Counted from the stretch's first letter, positions 30,618 through 41,057 are shown. The stretch: DNA of 64,000 bases from Planctomycetota bacterium (GCA_022616055.1 JAKEFM010000086.1:74183-138182); one strand, 5' to 3'. The notes: a model not told the origin generated them from the letters alone. Made by a program: numbers and translations.

Positions 30618-31522
30618 GCGCGGGCGGCATCCGGGTCGGGATCGCCGGCTGGTCCTACCGGGACTGGGAGGGGGTCGTCTACCCGGCGACGAAGCCGCGC
30701 GGCTTCGATCCCCTGCGCTACCTCGCCGCGTACTTCGACTGCATCGAGGTGAACAGCACCTTCTACCGCATCCCTCCTCCCGCGACGGCCGGGCGGTGGG
30801 CGCGGGTCGTGGAGGACCGCCCCGGATTCCGGTTCACGGCGAAGGCGTGGGAGGGCTTCACGCACGCGGAGGAGGACGAGGCGCCGGCCTCGGAGGTCGG
30901 GGCCTTCCGCGCGGCGCTCGAACCGCTCCGCGCCGCGGGGCGCCTCGGGGCGGTCGTCTTCCAGTTCCCGTGGCACTTCGCTCGGACCCCCGCGCACGAG
31001 GCCCGGCTCGCGCGGCTCGCGGAGGCCTTCGACGGGCTGCCGCGCGTCCTCGAGGTCCGTCACGCTTCCTGGGTGGACCCCGAGGGGATCGAGCGGGTGG
31101 CCCGCCTCGGTTACTCCCTCTGCAACATCGACCTCCCCCTCGCGCGGGACTCGATCCGCCCGGCCTCCCGGGTCACCGGGCCCATCGGCTACGCGCGCCT
31201 TCACGGCCGCAACGAGGCGGCGTGGTTCTCCCGGTCCGCGGGGCGCGACGAGAAGTACGACTACCTCTACACGGAGGCCGAGGAGGACGAGTGGGTCGAG
31301 CGGACGAGGGCACTCGCCGACCGCGCCGGGGAGACCTACCTGGTCGCGAACAACCACTTCCGCGGGCAGGCGCCGGCGAACGCCCTCTCGATCCGCGCCA
31401 AGCTCGAGGGGGGGAAGGTGGCCGTCCCCTCCCCGCTCCTCGCGGCGTTCGAGCGGCTGCGCCGGGTCGCGACCGCGGAGGGGGCTCCGGCTCCGGCGCC
31501 GGAGCGGGGACTCTTCGACTGA
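30614..31522 (+). CDS. DUF72 family protein
   Basis: GTG at 30614 forms a GTGA overlap with the upstream gene. IRVGIAGWSYRDWEGVVYP...YFDCIEVNSTFYRIP...EVRHASW matches the DUF72 pattern. Confidence 0.85.
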   Translation: MSAGGIRVGIAGWSYRDWEGVVYPATKPRGFDPLRYLAAYFDCIEVNSTFYRIPPPATAGRWARVVEDRPGFRFTAKAWEGFTHAEEDEAPASEVGAFRAALEPLRAAGRLGAVVFQFPWHFARTPAHEARLARLAEAFDGLPRVLEVRHASWVDPEGIERVARLGYSLCNIDLPLARDSIRPASRVTGPIGYARLHGRNEAAWFSRSAGRDEKYDYLYTEAEEDEWVERTRALADRAGETYLVANNHFRGQAPANALSIRAKLEGGKVAVPSPLLAAFERLRRVATAEGAPAPAPERGLFD

Positions 31523-31535
31523 CCGGCGCGGCGCG

Positions 31536-32450
31536 TTGTCGGTTCCGGCGGCGGCGGCTACAAGGCGCCCGGTGACCCAGGAGACGTTCGTCGGGAAGTT
31601 CGATCCGGCGCGGGCGCGCGAGCTCGCCGACCGGCTGGCCGGGGAGGGGTTCGCGCCGCGCACCCTCCCGCACGCCCTCGTCGCGGCGACCCGTCCCGAC
31701 CTCGCCGTCACGCTCTACGGGAGCGGGAAGCTCGTCGTCCAGGGGGCGGAGGCGCGGGCCTTCGGCTCGCGGCTCGCCGAGGCGGTCCCCGTGCCCAGGC
31801 GCGCGGCGGCCCTCGATCCCGACGCGATCGGGACCGACGAGTCGGGGAAGGGGGATTACTTCGGCCCTCTCGTCGTCGCCGCCGCCTACGCGACCCCGCG
31901 GCAGCGCTCGGCGATGGCGCGCGGGGAGGTGGACGACTCCAAGAAGCTCTCCGACGAGACCGTCGCGCGCCTCGCCGGGGCGATCTCCAAGACCCTCCCG
32001 CACGCGCTCGTCGCGCTCTCTCCGGAGGAGTACAACCGGACCTACGCGCAGGCCGGGAACGTGAACCGCCTCCTCGCCTCCCTCCACGCCGAGGCGATCC
32101 TCCGGGTGTCGCGTCGCGTCGCGTGCCGCCGGGTCCTCACCGACGCGTTCGGCGACGCCTCCCTCGTCCGCGGGGCGCTCGGCGCCGCCGCGGAGCGCTT
32201 CGACCTGCACCAGCGCCCGCGCGCCGAGGAGGATCCCGCCGTCGCCGCGGCCTCGATCCTCGCCCGGGACGGGTTCCTGCGCGGGCTCGCCGCGCTCTCG
32301 GAGGAGTTCGCCGTCGACCTCCCCAAGGGGGCGGGGGAGGAGGTGGACGCGGCCGCCCGTCGATTCGTGTCGATCCACGGACCCGAGGCGCTGCGGCGGG
32401 TCGCGAAGGTCCACTTCAAGACGACCGGGAAGATCGGCCGTCTCTTCTAG
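31536..32450 (+). CDS. rnhC: ribonuclease HIII
   Basis: 304 aa. An N-terminal ~85 aa domain is followed by GTDESGKGDYFGPLVVAA and DDSKKLSD RNase HII/HIII catalytic motifs. An alternative GTG start lies near 31572. Confidence 0.85.
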   Translation: MSVPAAAATRRPVTQETFVGKFDPARARELADRLAGEGFAPRTLPHALVAATRPDLAVTLYGSGKLVVQGAEARAFGSRLAEAVPVPRRAAALDPDAIGTDESGKGDYFGPLVVAAAYATPRQRSAMARGEVDDSKKLSDETVARLAGAISKTLPHALVALSPEEYNRTYAQAGNVNRLLASLHAEAILRVSRRVACRRVLTDAFGDASLVRGALGAAAERFDLHQRPRAEEDPAVAAASILARDGFLRGLAALSEEFAVDLPKGAGEEVDAAARRFVSIHGPEALRRVAKVHFKTTGKIGRLF

Positions 32451-32455
32451 CCGCC

Positions 32456-33835
32456 GTGCGCCTCACGTTCTTCGGGGCGGCGAGGTCGGTGACCGGCTCG
32501 ATGCACGCCCTCGAGGTCGGCGGCGTCACGGTCCTGCTCGAGTGCGGGCTCTTCCAGGGGCGGCGGGCGGAGGCGGCCGAGCGCAACCGGCGGTTTCCCT
32601 TCCCGCCGCGGGAGATCGCCGCCGTGCTCCTCTCCCACGCGCACATCGACCACTCCGGGAACCTCCCGGGTCTCGTCCGCGCCGGGTTCCGGGGGACGAT
32701 CCACGCGACGGAGGCGACCGTCGACCTGGCGGAGGTCATGCTCCGCGACTCGGGACACATCCAGGAGAGCGACGCCGAGTTCCTGCGGCGCACGCGCGGG
32801 GAGCGCGTGGAGCCGCTCTACACGGTCGAGGACGTCGAGCGGACGCTCCCGCGCTTCGCCGGCCGCCCCTACGGAGCGTGGTTCCCGGTCGGGCCGGGCG
32901 TGCGCGCCCGCTTCCACGACGCGGGACACATCCTCGGCTCCGCCTCCGTCGAGATGGAGGCGAGCGAGCCGCCGCGCTCCGTCCGCATCGTCTTCACGGG
33001 CGACCTCGGCCGGCGCGGCCTCCCGATCCTGCGCGATCCCTCCCCGCTCCCGCCGGCCGACGTCCTCCTGACGGAGAGCACCTACGGCGACCGCCTCCAT
33101 CCGCCCCTGCCGGACCTCGAGCGCGATCTCGCGGAGATCCTCTCCGGTTGCGCTCGGGCGGGCGGGAAGATCGTGGTCCCGGCCTTCAGCGTGGGGCGGA
33201 CGCAGAACCTCCTCTACGTCCTCCACCGCCTCTACCAGCGGGGGGAGGTCCCGCGGATCCCGATCTACGTCGATTCCCCCCTCTCGACCCGCGCGACCCG
33301 GGTGGTCGCTTCCCACCCGGAGATCTTCGACGCCGAGACCCGGGCGATCCTGGGGTCCTCCGGCTCCCCCTTCTACTTCCGCGAGGTGCGCTACCTCGAG
33401 TCGAAGGAGGAATCGATGGGATTGAACGGCGCGCCGGGCCCGATGCTGATCCTCTCCGCCTCCGGGATGTGCGAGACAGGGAGGATCCTCCATCACCTCC
33501 GGCACGCGCTCCCCGATCCCCGCAACCTCGTCCTGTTCGTCGGGTTCCAGGCCGAGCACACCCTGGGCCGGCGGCTGCTCGAGGGCGCCTCCTTCGCGCG
33601 GGTCCTCGGCGCGGACGTTCCGGTGAGGGCCCGGGTCGTCTCGATGGAGGGGTGGAGCGCGCACGCCGACCGGGAAGAGCTCCTCGCCGCTCTCGCGCCG
33701 CGCGCCTCCGGGGCGCAGGTCGCCTTCGTCGTGCACGGGGAGGAGAGGGCCGCCCTCGCGCTGGCGGGAGGGCTGCGGGACGCCGGCTTCCGGCGGGTCG
33801 AGGTCCCCTCGCGGGGAGAGGCCTTCCGTCTCTGA
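32456..33835 (+). CDS. MBL-fold beta-CASP ribonuclease (RNase J/CPSF-like)
   Basis: GTG at 32456. LLSHAHIDHSGNLP (HxHxDH), ESTYGDR, and a C-terminal SAHAD motif. Confidence 0.88.
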   Translation: MRLTFFGAARSVTGSMHALEVGGVTVLLECGLFQGRRAEAAERNRRFPFPPREIAAVLLSHAHIDHSGNLPGLVRAGFRGTIHATEATVDLAEVMLRDSGHIQESDAEFLRRTRGERVEPLYTVEDVERTLPRFAGRPYGAWFPVGPGVRARFHDAGHILGSASVEMEASEPPRSVRIVFTGDLGRRGLPILRDPSPLPPADVLLTESTYGDRLHPPLPDLERDLAEILSGCARAGGKIVVPAFSVGRTQNLLYVLHRLYQRGEVPRIPIYVDSPLSTRATRVVASHPEIFDAETRAILGSSGSPFYFREVRYLESKEESMGLNGAPGPMLILSASGMCETGRILHHLRHALPDPRNLVLFVGFQAEHTLGRRLLEGASFARVLGADVPVRARVVSMEGWSAHADREELLAALAPRASGAQVAFVVHGEERAALALAGGLRDAGFRRVEVPSRGEAFRL

Positions 33836-33853
33836 ACCGGGCCGGCCCGGCCG

Positions 33854-35776
33854 TCAGACCGGGGAGGCGGAGCTCGCTCCGACGGGCGCCGTCGCGCTCG
33901 GGCGGGACGGCTCCGGCCGCTCCTCGCACGCGCGAAGGATCCCCTCCTCCAGCCACAGGTAGCGGTCCTCGAGCGCGGCCCGGGCGAGGCGGTAGGCCTG
34001 GCCGTCGTCGTTCGACCGGACGCCCCGCAGCGCGTCGGCGACGCGGCGGCGGGCGGTGCGGGAGAAGAGGTCGGCCAGCTCGAGCGGGGAGCGGTCCTCG
34101 GGATGCTCCGCGACCCGGGCGAGGGCGTAGGAGCAGGTCGTCGCGATCGCGACGAGGTCGACTCCGACGTCGACGAGACGGGCGAGGAGGATCTGCCGGC
34201 GCTCGAGGGCGGGGCCGTGGCGCGCCATCGCGTGGAAGATCGCGCGGGCCAGGCGGTGGCTCGACCGGGAGACGAAGCGGAAGTGGTCCGCGAGGGGGCC
34301 GGAGACGCTCCCGCGCCCCCCGAAGGGGATCCACTGGCGGACGTACCAGGCCGGGTAGAAGAGGGCGGCCCGCCCCAGCGCCGAGGCCTTGCGGCCGAGC
34401 GAGGCCCGGGGATCGACGAGGGCGCCGAGACGGCGCAGGTGCGGGTCGAGGGCTTCCCGCGCGAGGAAGAGGTGGCAGATCTCGGTCGTCCCCTCGACGA
34501 TCCGGTTGATCCGCGCTTCGCGGTAGATCCGCTCGACGGGGTAGGGGGTCTCGCCCCGGCCCCGCAGGGAGGCGACCGACTCGAAGCCGCGCCCGCCCAG
34601 GATCTGGACGGTCTCGTCGACGATCCGGCCGAGCGTCTCCGAGGCGAAGAGCTTCGCGATCGCCGCCTCGAGCCGGATGTCGGCCCCGCCCCGGTCGACG
34701 AGACGCGTCGGGTACTCCGTGATCGCCTCGATGGCGAAGGCGTGGGAGGCGATCCAGGCGATCTTCGAGGCGATCGCCTCGTGGTGCCCGATCGGCCCTC
34801 CCCACTGGGTGCGCGTGCGCGCCCACCGCCGGACGATCGAGAGGCACTGCTTCGCGACCCCGGCGCAGGCGGCGGGGAGGGTGAGCCGGCCCGTGTTGAG
34901 GGTGATCAGGGCGAGCTTGAGGCCGAGGCCGGGCTTCCAGAGGACGTTCTCGGCGGGGACCCGGACGTTGTCGAACTTCAGGAGGCCGTTCTGGATGCCG
35001 TGCAGGCCCATGAACCCGCAGCGGTGGACGACGCTCACGCCGGGGGCGTCCCCCTCGACGATGAAGGCGGTGAACTGCTTCTTCTCCCGCCCCTCGACGA
35101 AGACGGAGGGGGTGCGGGCCATCACGACGAGGAGGTCCGCGACCGGACCGTTCGTGCACCAGAGCTTCTCCCCGGTCAGGTTCCAGCCGCGCCCTCCCTC
35201 GATCGGCGTCGCCGTCGTCTTCATCCCGGCGGGGTCGGAGCCGGCGCCCGGCTCGGTCAGCCCGAAGGCCGAGATCGCCCCGCGCGCGAGCCGGGGGAAG
35301 AAGCGCTTTTTCTGCTCCTCGGTCCCGAAGAGCTTGAGGGGCTGGGGGACCCCGATGCTCTGGTGGGCGGAGAGCCACACCGCCGTCGAGGCGCAGTGGC
35401 TCGCGACGAGGGCGACGGCGCGGTTGTAGTTCGTCTTCGAGAGGCCGAGGCCCCCGTGCTCGCGCGGGATCGTCATCCCGAAGCAGCCGAGATCGACGAG
35501 GCCCGCGATCGCGGCGGCGGGGAGCTCCCCCGTCCGGTCGACCTCGTCGGGGTCGACCGACTCCCGCAGGAACCGCTCCAGCTTGGCGAGGAAGGCCCGC
35601 CCCGCGTCGCGGTCGGCCTCCGGATGCGAGGGGAAAGGGAGGACGAGGTCGGTCCGGAACCGGCCGAGGAAGATCTCCGCGGCCAGGCTCGGGTGGGTCC
35701 ACTCGGCCTCGCGCGCGCTCTCGGCGATCTCGAGCGCCTCGCGGGCCGCGTCGGACGGACGATCGGCGGTCACCAT
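33854..35776 (-). CDS. long acyl-CoA dehydrogenase family protein
   Basis: 640 aa. FGLTEPGAGSDPAGMKTTA and QILGGRGF ACAD motifs, plus a ~200 aa C-terminal extension. Confidence 0.88.
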   Translation of the reverse strand: MVTADRPSDAAREALEIAESAREAEWTHPSLAAEIFLGRFRTDLVLPFPSHPEADRDAGRAFLAKLERFLRESVDPDEVDRTGELPAAAIAGLVDLGCFGMTIPREHGGLGLSKTNYNRAVALVASHCASTAVWLSAHQSIGVPQPLKLFGTEEQKKRFFPRLARGAISAFGLTEPGAGSDPAGMKTTATPIEGGRGWNLTGEKLWCTNGPVADLLVVMARTPSVFVEGREKKQFTAFIVEGDAPGVSVVHRCGFMGLHGIQNGLLKFDNVRVPAENVLWKPGLGLKLALITLNTGRLTLPAACAGVAKQCLSIVRRWARTRTQWGGPIGHHEAIASKIAWIASHAFAIEAITEYPTRLVDRGGADIRLEAAIAKLFASETLGRIVDETVQILGGRGFESVASLRGRGETPYPVERIYREARINRIVEGTTEICHLFLAREALDPHLRRLGALVDPRASLGRKASALGRAALFYPAWYVRQWIPFGGRGSVSGPLADHFRFVSRSSHRLARAIFHAMARHGPALERRQILLARLVDVGVDLVAIATTCSYALARVAEHPEDRSPLELADLFSRTARRRVADALRGVRSNDDGQAYRLARAALEDRYLWLEEGILRACEERPEPSRPSATAPVGASSASPV

Positions 35777-35943
35777 CGTGGGCAGGGAATCGGCGGGGCC
35801 ATCATCGGCGGAATCGGGTGTCCGGGTTCATCGCCCGCGTCGTCCGCGGCAGGAGTATAGGACGTCCGGCGGCCCCTCTCCGCCGCCCTTGCCGCCTTCC
35901 GGGGGGGTGGATACCTTCCCGGCTCGATCCGGCGCACGCCCCG

Positions 35944-36270
35944 ATGGCGCTCACGACGCTCCTCTCCCTCCTCGTCATGGGGTGCGCGCTCGTGCTCCTC
36001 TTCCGGGGGACGGACCGGAGCGACCGCGGGGGGCAGTACCTCGCCGTGCTGGCCCTCGCCCTCGGGGCGGTCGCCGCCGCCGTCGATGCGGGCTGGCTCC
36101 CGGTCCCCGCCGCCTGGCGCCCCCGGCTCCTCGCCGCCGCCGCGGCGACGGTCGTCGGATTCCTCCTCCTCGTCCGGCTCCGGGAGAGGGCGTTCGCGCT
36201 CCTCCTCGTCTTCGCGGCGGCGCTCGACCTCCTCGTGGCCGCCGACGTCGTGAAGGCCCTGCACGGCTGA
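35944..36270 (+). CDS. small integral membrane protein, unknown function
   Basis: 108 aa from ATG at 35944 (MALTTLLSLLVMGCALVLLF...). Three hydrophobic helices and very high GC3. ORF 35818..36270 extends it upstream with R/P-rich sequence. Confidence 0.55.
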   Translation: MALTTLLSLLVMGCALVLLFRGTDRSDRGGQYLAVLALALGAVAAAVDAGWLPVPAAWRPRLLAAAAATVVGFLLLVRLRERAFALLLVFAAALDLLVAADVVKALHG

Positions 36271-36271
36271 C

Positions 36272-37183
36272 GTGCGCCTGCGCTCCCTCGCCGTGACGGC
36301 CGCGGCCCTCGCAACGACCTCCTGTCCCGGGCTCGGGAAGCGGGCCGGGTCGATCGCCTTCACGAAGATGCACGGGGCGGGGAACGACTTCGTCTGCCTC
36401 GACGTCGGGGAGGCGGGCCCGCCGGCCGACCCCTCCGCGCTCGCGCGCGCCCTCTGCGACCGTCGCACCGGGATCGGGGCGAACGGCCTCCTCCTGATCG
36501 GCCCGTCGCGGGAGGCCGACGCGCGGATGATCCTGATCAACGCGGACGGCTCCCGGGCGGAGATGTGCGGCAACGGGATCCGCTGCGTCGGGAAGTACCT
36601 GCATGACCGGGGCCGGGCGCGCGGCGGGGAGGTCCGGATCGAGACCGATTCGGGCGTGAAGAGGCTCCTCCTCCACGTCGAGGAGGGACGCGCCGTCGCG
36701 GCGAGCGTCGACCTCGGCCCCCCGGCGCTCCTCCCCGAGCGACTCGCCGTGCCCGTCGCCCCGCCCGGGGTTCCCCCCCGCACGTTCGAGGGGGACCGGC
36801 TGTCGATGGGGAATCCCCACTTCGTCGTGTTCCTCGAGGAGGACCTCGCCGCCTTCCCGGTGGAGGCCTACGGTCCCGCGATCGAGCGCCACGCGCTTTT
36901 CCCCGACCGGACGAACGTCGAGTTCGTCCGCCTCCGGGGGCGCGGCGAGATCGACCAGCGGACCTGGGAGCGCGGGGCGGGCGAGACCCTCGCGTGCGGG
37001 ACCGGAGCCTGCGCGTCCGCCGTCGCCGCGATCCGCCGCGGCCACGCGGACCGGGAGGTCCGCGTGCGCCTGCGCGGGGGGGAGTTGCGGATCGAGTGGG
37101 ACGGGCGGGGGCCGGTCTACCTCACCGGGCCGGCCGTCGAGACCTTCGAGGGCGAGTGGGCCTCCCCTCGCCCGCGCGAATAG
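36272..37183 (+). CDS. dapF: diaminopimelate epimerase
   Basis: FTKMHGAGNDFV, the first catalytic Cys in MCGNGIRC, and the second in LACGTGACA. The GTG start at 36272 gives a ~25 aa N-terminal extension. Confidence 0.9.
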   Translation: MRLRSLAVTAAALATTSCPGLGKRAGSIAFTKMHGAGNDFVCLDVGEAGPPADPSALARALCDRRTGIGANGLLLIGPSREADARMILINADGSRAEMCGNGIRCVGKYLHDRGRARGGEVRIETDSGVKRLLLHVEEGRAVAASVDLGPPALLPERLAVPVAPPGVPPRTFEGDRLSMGNPHFVVFLEEDLAAFPVEAYGPAIERHALFPDRTNVEFVRLRGRGEIDQRTWERGAGETLACGTGACASAVAAIRRGHADREVRVRLRGGELRIEWDGRGPVYLTGPAVETFEGEWASPRPRE

Positions 37184-37227
37184 AGGGAAGGGCCCCGCGT
37201 AAGGCGGCCCGTCGAAGGGAGTCTGGC

Positions 37228-37785
37228 ATGAGCACCGGCACGCTGATCGTCCTCGGCCTCCTCGCCGTCCTCCTCCTCTGGTTCGTGGCCGTCTACAACG
37301 GCCTCGTCGCCCTGCGCAACCGGGTGAAGGCCGCCTGGTCGCAGATCGACGTCCAGCTGAAGCGCCGCTACGACCTCATCCCGAACCTCGTCAACACCGT
37401 CAAGGGGTACATGAAGCACGAGGCGGGGATCTTCGAGAAGATCGCCTCGGCGCGGGCGGGGGCGATGGCGGCGAGCACCCCCGCCGAGAAGGGGGCGGCC
37501 GAGGGGATCCTCACCGGCGCCCTGCGCCAGCTCCTCGCCGTCGCCGAGAACTACCCCGACGTCAAGGCGAACGCGAACGCCACCGCCCTCATGGAGGAGC
37601 TCGCCTCCACCGAGAACCGGGTCGGTTTCGCGCGCCAGCACTACAACGACGAGGTCCAGACCTACAACACGCGCCTCGAGACCTTCCCGACCGTGCTCGT
37701 CGCCTCGACGTTCCACTTCACGCGGGCGGAGTTCTTCGAGGTCCGCGAGCCGGCGCAGCGCGAGCCGGTGAAGGTCGAGTTCTAG
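37228..37785 (+). CDS. lemA: LemA family membrane protein
   Basis: 185 aa from ATG at 37228: N-terminal TM, then YNGLVALRNRVKAAWSQIDVQLKRRYDLIPNLV.... Confidence 0.9.
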   Translation: MSTGTLIVLGLLAVLLLWFVAVYNGLVALRNRVKAAWSQIDVQLKRRYDLIPNLVNTVKGYMKHEAGIFEKIASARAGAMAASTPAEKGAAEGILTGALRQLLAVAENYPDVKANANATALMEELASTENRVGFARQHYNDEVQTYNTRLETFPTVLVASTFHFTRAEFFEVREPAQREPVKVEF

Positions 37786-37817
37786 GACTCCGGGGCCTCG
37801 GGCCCCGATTCCCCGGC

Positions 37818-38759
37818 GTGGGTCTCTTCGAGGAGATCGCCGCCAACCGTCGTCGCTCCTTCTTCCTCGGGGCGGGGATGACCGCCCTCCTCGCGCTCGT
37901 CGGGCTCTCCTTCGGCGGGGCGGGAGGGGCGCCCGAGGCGGGGCTCGCGGTCGGCCTGGCGCTCGCCGCCCTCCAGGGGGGCGTCGCCCTCGCGGCCGGG
38001 GACCGCATCGTCCTCGGAATCTCCCGCGCGCGGGAGATCCGCCACGGCGAGGATCCCCGTCTCTTCAACGTCGTCGAGGAGATGGCGATCGCGGCGGGCC
38101 TCCCGAGGCCGCGCGTCTACCTGATCGAGGACAGCGCGCCGAACGCGTTCGCGACGGGCCTGCGCCCGCAGCGCGCGAGCCTCGCGATCACGACGGGCCT
38201 GCGGGACAAGCTCACCCGCGACGAGCTCCAGGGCGTGATGGCCCACGAGATGGCGCACGTCCGGAACCGCGACGTGCGCTTCGCCACGTTGATGGTGGTG
38301 ATGGTCGGCACGATCGCGCTCCTCTGCGACCTCTTCCGGCGCCGGGCGTGGTGGATCTCGCGCGGCTCGCGGGACGCCAAGGGCAAGCAGGCGGGCGCGG
38401 CGGCGGCCGTCTTCCTCCTCCTCGCGGTCTTCCTCTCCATCCTCGCCCCCTTCTTCGCGAAGCTGATCCAGCTCGCCTCGTCCCGGGAGCGGGAGCTTCT
38501 CGCCGACGCGTCGGCCGCCGCCCTCACCCGCAACCCCCTCGGCCTCGCCTCCGCGCTCGAGAAGATCGCGGCCGACTCCGAGGTGCTCGAGGCCGCCAAC
38601 CGCGCGACGATGCACCTCTACATCGTGAACCCGATCAAGAGCTTCGAGGAGCGGGCGTCCCAACTCTTCTCGACCCACCCGCCGGTCGCCGAGCGCATCG
38701 CGCGCCTGCGGGCTCTCGCCAAGGCGCCGCCCCGCGAGTCCCCGGCGGCCGTGGAGTAG
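37818..38759 (+). CDS. htpX: M48 family zinc metalloprotease HtpX-like
   Basis: 313 aa. NAFATG, the HEMAHVRNRD zinc motif, TM helices, and a C-terminal STHPPVAERI. Confidence 0.9.
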   Translation: MGLFEEIAANRRRSFFLGAGMTALLALVGLSFGGAGGAPEAGLAVGLALAALQGGVALAAGDRIVLGISRAREIRHGEDPRLFNVVEEMAIAAGLPRPRVYLIEDSAPNAFATGLRPQRASLAITTGLRDKLTRDELQGVMAHEMAHVRNRDVRFATLMVVMVGTIALLCDLFRRRAWWISRGSRDAKGKQAGAAAAVFLLLAVFLSILAPFFAKLIQLASSRERELLADASAAALTRNPLGLASALEKIAADSEVLEAANRATMHLYIVNPIKSFEERASQLFSTHPPVAERIARLRALAKAPPRESPAAVE

Positions 38760-38783
38760 TCGCGGCGCCCACCCCTCGGCCCC

Positions 38784-40433
38784 TTGCCGGATCTCCTCTA
38801 CCTCCTCGCGGCGCTCCTCGTCGGGATCCTCTACGACGAGAAGCGGGGCGGTCCCTTCCCGCCCGACCCCCGGCTCGCCGTCGCGGCGGTCCTCGGGGGC
38901 GTCCTCGTGGTGGCGCTCTTCGGGCTCGTCCTGAGCCGGCGACTGGGGCGCGCGGGGAGAGGGTGGGCCCGGGCCTACGTCGCCTTCCGGGTCCATCCGG
39001 TCGCGCTGCAGGCCGCGATCGTCCACCTCTTCCACTGGCCCGCCGTCGCCAGGCCCCTCGGCCTCGAGCGGTCCTGGACCGCCCTCGCGTGCGTCCACGT
39101 CCTCCCGTTCCTCGCCATCCAGGGGGTCGTGTGGGCCTGGGCCTGGAAGTTCGAGGCGCCGGCGGGCGTGCGCCTGCGCGCGTGGCTCGGCTTCCACTAC
39201 CGCTCCACCGCCCTCCTCCTCGCCCCCTACCTCCTCTACGCCGCGGCGAACGACGCCCTCTCCCTCTCGCGCACGGCGAGCCTTCTCCTCGGCACCTGGT
39301 CCCTCGCCGGGGAGGCCGCCGCGGGTGCCCTCTTCGCGGCCCTCGCGTTCCTCCTCCCCGTCGGCGCCCGTCGGATCTGGAAGACCCGGCCGCTCGGAGG
39401 GGGGCCGCTGCGGGAGCGGCTGGAGGCGACCGCGCGAAGGCTCTCGTTCCGCTGCCGCGACCTCCTCGTGTGGGACACGGCGGGGCTCGTCGCGAACGCG
39501 GCGATCGTCGGCTTCCTCCCGCGCTGGCGGTACGTCATCTTCACCGACGCCCTCCTCGGCGTGCTCCACCCGGCCGAGATCGAGGCGGTCTTCGGACACG
39601 AGGCGGGACACGCCATGCGCCGCCACATCGCCACCTTCCTCGCCTTCGGCGGGGCCTGGGCGCTCGCCGTCCTCGACGTCGCCAGCGCCTACCTCCCCGA
39701 CGCCGAGGAGTCCCTCCTCCTGCTCCTCGTTCCCTCGGCGTTCCTCGGATGGCTCGGCTTCGGCTGGCTCTCGCGCCGGTTCGAGCTCGAGGCCGATCTG
39801 TACGGCGCGGCGGCGATCGGAGACGTCGGAACCTTCGTCTCCGCCCTCGAGCGGGTGGGGGTCGTCGCGGGGGCAACCCGCCGCCGCGGCTCCTGGCGCC
39901 ACTTCTCGGTCGGCTCGCGCGTCGCCTTCCTCCGCCTCGTCGAGGCGGCGCCCGAGGTGGGGGAGCGCTTCGTCGCCCGGATGCGGCTCTGGCTCCCCCT
40001 CGGCCTCCTCGCCCTCGCCGCCGCGGTGGCCGTCCACGTCGTCGACCGCGTTCCCCGGACTCCGGGCGAGCTCGGGTGGGCGTACCTGCGGCTCGGGGAC
40101 TACGCGCGCGCCGAGAGCTTCCTCGCCCGCGCCGCTCCGCAGGAGGAGGAGGCGCGCCAGCGCCTCGATCTCGCGAGGCTCGCGCGGAAGCTCCTCGCCG
40201 AGACGGGAGGGGACCCCGACGCCCTCCTCGGTCGCGTGCGCGACGCCCTCGCGGAGGGCGACCTCGACACCGTCCGCCGCGTGGTCGACCTGCTCGAAGC
40301 TCGCGCCGAGGGGGGAGAGCCGATCGACGAGATGAGGCGGCTCCTCGAGAAGGAGGACCGGGAGGGGCTCGCCGAGCTCTTCGCCGGCGAGGGGCGTGAT
40401 GCCCTCGACGCGTTGTGCCGCCCTCCGGAATGA
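38784..40433 (+). CDS. M48 family membrane metallopeptidase (long form with a helical C-terminal tail)
   Basis: 549 aa, multi-TM. HEAGHAMRRH motif. TTG start. Confidence 0.8.
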   Translation: MPDLLYLLAALLVGILYDEKRGGPFPPDPRLAVAAVLGGVLVVALFGLVLSRRLGRAGRGWARAYVAFRVHPVALQAAIVHLFHWPAVARPLGLERSWTALACVHVLPFLAIQGVVWAWAWKFEAPAGVRLRAWLGFHYRSTALLLAPYLLYAAANDALSLSRTASLLLGTWSLAGEAAAGALFAALAFLLPVGARRIWKTRPLGGGPLRERLEATARRLSFRCRDLLVWDTAGLVANAAIVGFLPRWRYVIFTDALLGVLHPAEIEAVFGHEAGHAMRRHIATFLAFGGAWALAVLDVASAYLPDAEESLLLLLVPSAFLGWLGFGWLSRRFELEADLYGAAAIGDVGTFVSALERVGVVAGATRRRGSWRHFSVGSRVAFLRLVEAAPEVGERFVARMRLWLPLGLLALAAAVAVHVVDRVPRTPGELGWAYLRLGDYARAESFLARAAPQEEEARQRLDLARLARKLLAETGGDPDALLGRVRDALAEGDLDTVRRVVDLLEARAEGGEPIDEMRRLLEKEDREGLAELFAGEGRDALDALCRPPE

Positions 40434-40608
40434 GGCGCCGCGGCTGATCAAGGAGGAGGTCCTCGCGCGACTGGAGTTGAGCGATCTTCCCGAAGTCCCA
40501 CGCCGCCCTTTCCTCCCGCCCGCCGCGCGCGAGCGGGTGGCCAGAGGTCGAATCCACGACGCGCACCTCGGGGAGATCCCGGGTCACTCGCGCCGAAACG
40601 GTGCTCGT

Positions 40609-40854
40609 CTACGAGCCGAACAGCCGCTTCGCCACTTCCTCTCGCGAGAGGTCGAAGTGCGCGGCCACGTCGCCGAGGATGGCGCCCAGGGTCCCGAGCC
40701 GGAGGGCGCCATGGTCCGGCACCGTGACATGGTGCTCCCCGCCCTCCGTGGTCGTGAGGCGGATGTGGCTCCCCGTCTGCCGCGTGACCCGGTAGCCGAG
40801 GCCCTCCAGTGCCTTCGCGAGCCCTCGCCCCGAGAGGTCGCGCGGAAGCCTCAA
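40609..40854 (-). CDS. hicA: type II toxin HicA (mRNA interferase)
   Basis: 81 aa. RDLSGRGLAKALEGLGYRVTRQTGSHIRLTT...VTVPDHGALRLGTLGAILGDV is the HicA/YcfA pattern. 4-nt overlap with hicB. Confidence 0.88.
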   Translation of the reverse strand: MRLPRDLSGRGLAKALEGLGYRVTRQTGSHIRLTTTEGGEHHVTVPDHGALRLGTLGAILGDVAAHFDLSREEVAKRLFGS

Positions 40855-41057
40855 GCGGGGATGACTTCCTCGCGCACGAAGTGGAGCCGGATGATCTTGG
40901 GCGCCTGGCCGGGCTCGAAGTGACAGCGGACGGCGTCGCGCACCTTGCCGTGCAGCTCCCGGAGCGTGTCGGCCTCCGTGAAGATCGACGTACCGAGGGC
41001 GCGGGCCGTGAAGCCACCCTCAGGGGCCTCCTCCACGATGAAGATCACCTCGTGCAT
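40851..41057 (-). CDS. hicB: type II antitoxin HicB-like (short form)
   Basis: 68 aa. MHEVIFIVEEAPEGGFTARALGTSIFTEADTLRELHGKVRDAV is a HicB N-terminal fold pattern. Immediately upstream of hicA. Confidence 0.8.
   Translation of the reverse strand: MHEVIFIVEEAPEGGFTARALGTSIFTEADTLRELHGKVRDAVRCHFEPGQAPKIIRLHFVREEVIPA

Noticed and set aside
40434-40608. The 175-nt spacer between the M48 gene and hicA, and the ORF 39541..40587 (-) that starts in it.
   Set aside because: The ORF runs antisense through the well-supported M48 gene with an R/G/P-rich translation. I recognised no domain in any frame of the spacer.
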